A stretch of 64,000 nucleotides of DNA from Aplysia californica. Lineage: Eukaryota. Positions 1-64,000 of the stretch are shown here, one piece after another. The translations under genes were made by a program, and so were the position numbers. Position 1 is the stretch's first letter. Each line of letters starts with the position of its first letter. Under the pieces are notes generated by a model, which saw only the letters and a list, made by a program, of their open reading frames with translations, searched no databases and was not told where the DNA came from. The stretch is taken from assembly GCF_000002075.1 (NCBI RefSeq), contig NW_004797808.1, positions 322,102 through 386,101 on the forward strand, written 5' to 3'.

Positions 1-515
1 AAAATAGTATCAGTATCGCAGAACTGGAATATTTGAAAGGGAGTGTATACAGACCCGGTAACCGGGAATAAAGTCGCAAAGTATACAGACCCGGTAGGGG
101 AACTCTTTGTGATTTCGGAAAGTTTCAGTATTCAGTACCCTCTTGGCTCAGGGTAGAACTAGGTTCTTCTAGATCTATACAGACAGATATAAATCATTGA
201 TCTAGTTTCGAGGCTAGCCTAGATCTAGATAGATCTAAATCTAAATGAAGATTGTGGATGTCTTTTCGTTGAACGATGGTTTTTCACCCATTTTGGAGTT
301 GGAGGAATCACAGTTTGAAGAAAAGGACATGTCATAATTTCAATCGAGCAGTCACCCTCTCTACTTCTCTCTCTCTCTCTCTCTTTCTCCCTCTCTCTCT
401 CTGTGTATCGCTCGCATTCTCTTTTTCTTTGTTTGTCTCTGTCTTTCTTTCTCCCCACCTATTTCCCACTCCATCTTTCTCTCGTTCCCCCCTGCCCCTG
501 CTCTCTTTCTCTCTC

Positions 516-547
<32 letters not shown>

Positions 548-2035
548 AACACACACACACACACACACTACCGGGTCTGGGCGCTGAAATTTTCCGAAAC
601 CACAAAAGAGTTCCCCTACCGGGTCTGTATACTTCGTGACTTTGTTCCCGGTTACCGGGTCTGTATACACTTCGTATTTGAAAACCAAGTCCGATGTGGT
701 CAGTAAGTTTTTTTGCCGGTCGCGATCGTGATATTATATTTATTTGTTCATCTTTTCCCCGTCTGGAGAGTACGTTTCACTTTCACGCGAAATGGCGGCA
801 GGCGGAAGCGTATGCGACACCGAGGCTCGATCGGGAAAATCAAGATCAACTTTCGCTTTCGTTACCACCGAGAAGTTGTCTGATAACGCAACATTTGTGG
901 CATGCAGATTGTGCAGAAAAACGCAATGTCGCCGTTCAAATAAAATGTAATAAATACTCTGACTCGTCGCTGTGCTGTCACTTGTGGGAAAAAAAGAAAA
1001 GAAAAAACAAGCATCGTCCGATTTTTAGATTGTCTGGCTCGCCATCGTGACTGGTCACTGAACCTGCGCGCATTCTCGCCATAAATAAATGCGGCATCGT
1101 AGTGAGTAAACACCGTCTTTGGTGGGAGTAACGACGTTGCGAAGTATAGGACTACGGAATAGGGAAGGAGATTATTGATTTTTTGGGGGTTTAAGATACT
1201 ATCGGGGGTTTAAGGCAACACCAGAGGACAAAAACTTGGAAGCACTTTTCAGAATTTTGATTAGAGCTTTCTGCAAAAGGCGCGTTGGTGCAGGCCGTGT
1301 GCGGAATCGGGACCCCTCATACTTTGCAAGTCTGTGTTATTGAAATAAAGTGTTCGCGTTTCATTGGATGGGTGATAGTAAATTATACCTACTTGGATTG
1401 GTGATAGTAAATTATACCTACAGAGTATGTTGTAGCTTTCTGTTCAAGACTGGCAGATTTTCAGTGTCACAGCATCTTACCCTACCACAGTTGTTACAAT
1501 TCTCACAGTGCATGGGTCTACTTGAGCCATTCAAGTTATTGCTTTTCTCTGAGTTTGAGCAATAATTTGAGTCTGTCAGTTCATAATATGAATCAAGACA
1601 CCCAGACTGGTTCTTGATAGTCGAAATTCTTGTTCTAGGCCCTTCCGAACTCTCAAAGCAGGATTTATTTTTTATATAATAATGAGAGGAAAATATTATA
1701 TAATAGACTGAAATACGTAAGTCGAACAAGACCCCAGTACAACATTGACCACTGACATGTTGTTGACTGGATACATGTATATTGTACGCGTGTGTGCTCC
1801 CTTTTTCAAGCTGGTGAGCTAGTAATTTTTTTGCTGGACACCCTGAACATTTTACTATATCTGATTGGTCGACCATCAATGATTTATTTATAGAGGCACC
1901 AGCCATCCATGTCCAGGTGCTGGTTTAGCCTACTGGTTAGTCGGTCGGTCGTGGGGAATACACATTTTCACCTGAAAATACACATTTTCATATTTCCCAA
2001 TACTCATTTCGGTTTTCTGTGGTTGGCATCTCTGT
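1..2035 (+). repeat. dispersed repeat, high-identity copy at about 45279-46654
   Basis: Colinear match except for the 39-674 insertion; diverged fragments at about 3040-3250 (inverted) and 8720-8845. Confidence 0.9.
39..674. mobile_element. MITE with about 90-bp TIRs and 9-bp TSD (Mutator/MULE-like), internal (CT)n/(CA)n
   Basis: tatttgaaa at 30-38 and 675-683; single copy at the empty site near 45308. Confidence 0.85.
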
Positions 2036-2104
2036 CAGTGGGAAAAGCGGCGATAGACTAGTGCGTTGGTGCTGGTGATTGAGCAATTTCGCACTACTCA
2101 CTTG

Positions 2105-3375
2105 CAGGGCTTGAATTAGGTGTCAGGCAAAAATTGCCTAGGTATGGCCTAAAAATCAGAGGGCATCGAGGCAATTTGCTAGGGCACCAAGGCAAAATTC
2201 ACAGGGGGATCCTTTTGTTGATTTAATGTTGGTAATACTGGGTCATGCATCACAGCGTTTAACAATACAATTTATTCTTACTCTCTACAAAAGTATAAAG
2301 TTATTGGAACATTATAAAATTTGTAAAATTATGAATGAAAAGTTTAAGTAGAATCTAAATCAGTCACCGTAAAATCACATCAAAACAAAAGCACTAAAAG
2401 TCACAGTTTTAAATCAGACGATCACGATTGCATTTGACATAAATGCCTTTATGACTACCCCTCATTGTTTGGATTAAAATTCATAATGTGTATGACTGTT
2501 GGAAATAGGGCACAATAGAAAACAGTGAATGATTTTTGACCAATTAGGTAAGACATTGATCATTAATGAGATTCAAACAGAGTGGTTTTCAGGCGGTGTA
2601 GTGATAAAATAAAAACAAATTTTGAACTTGCATGTAAGAAAATGAGGAGTGAAAACAACTTATGAGTTTGTATGGAAAAAAAAGAATGAATAACTTAAAA
2701 CAGTTGTTAAACAGTTATGAGGTTATGACTATGATAAGTGAAAACAAGTTTTGAAAATATGTCTTAAAGTGTGTTGTATAAAAAAGACCTAAACAATCAG
2801 CATGTCATATGACTTAATGACTGGATCAGAATATTGAAAATATGTTTGGCACACACAATAAAGAAAAAGACTGGCATACTGAGGTTTGGTTATCATTGGT
2901 GTGAGTGTGTTTGCACTAGCCTTGACAAAATTGACACAATTGTCAAGCTGAGCAGTGTCTGAAGTTTTGATGAGATTTCAGACAACTCTGACAGGATGTC
3001 TTAATTCCCCCCCTCCTCACGTGTATCTTAAAAATAAAAAAAATCCAATAATTTCCCCCTATTCCGGAGTCCCGCACTTCGCGGCGTTCAGACTTTGAAT
3101 GAACTTTGGTGACCCCAACAACCGGTGCTCACACGATGCCGTATCTTGTGATGTAGGTTCAATGACTGGTCACGATGGCCAACCCGACAAGACGCTTTAA
3201 CATTGTATAACTTTCTTTTCTTTTTTTTTCCACAAGTGACAGCACAGGACAAATTATATTGATTTATTTTCATGGCGTCACATTAAAAAAAATTAAAAAC
3301 AAGGGCACAGCAAAAATTGCTGCGGTTGACTGCAAAGGCACCAAGGAAAATTGCCACGGTCTATTTCAAGCCCTG
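2105..3375. mobile_element. non-autonomous DNA transposon, CAGGGCTTGAA TIRs (hAT-like ends)
   Basis: TIR cagggcttgaa[t/a]tag; flanking direct repeat cacttg. Confidence 0.7.
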
Positions 3376-4546
3376 CACTTGACTGGCCTACAACGAACCT
3401 TACTTAAATGCAGTGCATTTTTGTTGTTGCAGCTTTTTTGTGAGAGTTTATTGTCTCTTATAACTAAATAAAGTTATTAATACTGATGCTCAACCCAGGG
3501 GAGAACCGGATGACTAGATAGATATAGATAGGCTTATTTTTACCAACAACCTCCAAAATTCGAATAATTGTACGAATAAGTGTCTGGTTATTAGTACAAT
3601 TGTAAATTGTACTTATACATATTCTTTTTTACCGCTGCTGGTTTACGATTTCCTTCATGATCCTTTTTTTTTCATCATCAGTGCAGTTTTTGTCTTTAAT
3701 TTGTTATGACTAGATGTAAATCAAGATTTTTTCATTCAGACTTTGTGGACTTTTTATTGCACACCAAACTTTTCAAATATTGAAACATGAATTTTTGTTG
3801 GTGTTGTTTTCACTGCAAAGGAGTTTTTTGTTGTTGTTGTTTTTTTTAGTTCATTTTGAAAGGACGGAATGAAGGCTTCTTGCATTTAGTTGATTTTTTA
3901 GTCATTTCCTTTCCAAATGTGCAAAGTGACTGCTTAGTTTTTTTTAAGACTATTTTGAAAAGTGAGGATGGGTCTAACACTGAGCAGGGGAGGAATTCCA
4001 TTGGTCCATTACGAGCGACCACTTTGAAACAAAGTAGAATAAAGAGTTAGGGTTAGGTCTTTTCTTTATTATTGAGTTTGTTTGGGTGGTCGCTCGCTGC
4101 GGAAGTCCTTCCCTATGCAGTTGGAAAAAGGTCATTGGTTAATCGAAGGACAGTTTCTTCAGTTTTGAGGGAGGTTGATTCACTGGTTATCATTTTTTAC
4201 TGCCTTGTCTTTGGTTTTATTTACTTTAAATGCCTTGTAATAGATGGTAATTGGTGAGTCTGTAAATTAAGAAAACTCCATGTCTGAAAACCCAAGAGTC
4301 AATTTCATTGTCCAAGTACTAGTACATCTCTGAGTGTCTCTCTATTTTGAAAGGTTCAAAATGTTTCCCCTGATATAACAGGGTAAAGATTATCTAGCTT
4401 CCAACATTATTGCGCTGATCACAGATAACATCGGATGTATGAGAAGTAAAAGTTTATATTTTGGGAGTTTAAAACATACTCATGATCCCGAGCCCCCTCT
4501 TTATTCTTCAAAATCTATTTATACCGAGTGCATAAGAGATACAAGT

Positions 4547-5090
4547 AGGGGGTTGTGGCCTAGAGGTTAAGGTGTTGGCCTCTCATTCAAAGGTCCCGGG
4601 TTCGTTTCCGGGTAGGGACTGAAACATTTTCTTCTCTAAAATTGTCTCCTTTCACCTCCTTTCCTGCTCTCTAGCAATGTTCTGTTGTCTGCTTTCATTT
4701 CCACTTTCTGCCCCCACCCCCTCACCTCCTTTGCCCCCTCCTCTGGGCTCCTGACTCTTTCTGCAGCCTTTCTACTGCCGCTCCTTGGCTCCTCCTTACT
4801 GCTGTCGGCTCCTCCTTACTGCTGTCTTTCTGCCACACCCCTGATCTTCTGGTAGGAAAGATCTACACCTAGCCTTCTCGGACAAGGGCAAAAAATCTTG
4901 GAGGGCCCGTGAGCAAGTTGCGCATGTTAAAGATCCTTTGGTGGTCTAAAATCGATAAGAGTAGGCTTCGGCCGCCACCCTGGCAAAATTCAAAATTTAC
5001 TACCAACTGAAAATATTACGTGTGTCCCGCGCGCTCATATGACTGTATGCAGTTGCGAGCGCTGTAAAACACTTTACAAAAACAAACAAA
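4547..5090 (+). mobile_element. tRNA-derived SINE
   Basis: A box tggcctagagg, B box ggttcgtttcc, shared 3' stem-loop tail, A-rich end. Confidence 0.75.
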
Positions 5091-5107
5091 CAAGAGATAC
5101 AAGTCAG

Positions 5108-5463
5108 CCCCTGAGGCGGTGCTACTGACTGAAGTGTCTTTAGGCCATTCCCAAAGGAGGGGGGGAAACATTAACATGTTCTTATGCTCAGTAGAATGGA
5201 CTGGCTCATTAATGTCATGCTCATTACTGTGCCTGAACTGCAACAGGGAACTGCTGCTTTTTCTTTCCTAATCAGTACTATCATCATTTTCCCTCTACTT
5301 CTTTTGTATGTTTGTCACTCTTTTGAACCGCTATTTCCGGGGTGCCTTGATATTCAAAGCAGACTTTGCACTGTTGAAGCTAGAGAGGTGAGCAGAGTAA
5401 GCCTTTGGCGCTCATATGACCTTATGCAGTTGCGAGCGCCGTAAAACCTCTACTAAAACTAAA
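5108..5463 (+). mobile_element. retroposon 3' fragment family A (others at 17196-17762 interrupted, 18362-18626, 30477-30778, 44105-44236, 57936-58062)
   Basis: Shared body and ggcgctc..gagcgcc-gtaaaac tail, variable 5' truncation. Confidence 0.7.
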
Positions 5464-5562
5464 GCTGAGAGATACAAGTACACAGTGTTGTTGGAATGCT
5501 TCTTTTAGTTTTGGATTAGTCTTTAAGGTTTGTTTTCTTTATACTACAGGTGACCGGCAAAA

Positions 5563-63759
<58,197 letters not shown>

Positions 63760-64000
63760 GTAGGTGGTGCAAGTGGTTCATTTTATTTGAAAAGACGTGT
63801 GTATATATATAGGTGTGGAGACTGGGAAAAGCTTTTGACATGAGAACATTTTGTCAAATGACATAGTCAGACCTCAGTTTGCCTAAGCTCATGATTTTGT
63901 CTTGGCTTAGCTTTTTCTTTCAAAGAAATAGGTGTTAAGAAATCTTGTTTATGCAAATGGTTGATCTATAGCACAGTGATTTAAAAGACCCTTTGAATCA

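Noticed and set aside
225-688. ER-rich and LS-rich ORFs
   Set aside because: Translations of (CT)n/(CA)n microsatellites.
1418-1906. 162-aa minus-strand ORF with a 165-aa twin at 46029-46526
   Set aside because: Similarity is explained by the duplicated repeat; no recognisable domain or transposase motif.
4547-4620. tRNA gene candidates here and at about 19510-19571 (-)
   Set aside because: A and B boxes are present but they continue into SINE bodies and tails; treated as SINE heads.

Overview
Eukaryotic (invertebrate metazoan-like, AT-rich, TE-rich) DNA almost entirely occupied by one + strand gene, the SWR1-family chromatin remodeller domino (SRCAP/EP400). I traced 36 in-phase GT-AG coding exons from an ATG at 5563 through HSA and split SNF2 ATPase domains. 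The gene appears to make two C-termini. Read-through of an internal donor at 51052/51053 gives a terminal exon ending at 52915, a basic RG/AT-hook-like SRCAP/Domino-B-type tail (about 2749 aa, polyA signal at 54234). Splicing at that donor to a 36-nt microexon (57732-57767) and five more exons gives an EP400/Domino-A-type tail (SANT/Myb plus polyQ) that runs off the window. Five intronic repeat families fold as two-hairpin H/ACA snoRNAs, about 20 copies in total. They include a five-copy SNORA3(ACA3)-like array whose repeat unit also carries copies of the downstream splice acceptor. Also present: MITEs with TIRs/TSDs (some nested), tRNA-derived SINEs, retroposon tails sharing a covarying stem-loop, and an 856-nt assembly gap. 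All homology and rRNA-target calls rest on recalled reference sequences, not database searches.
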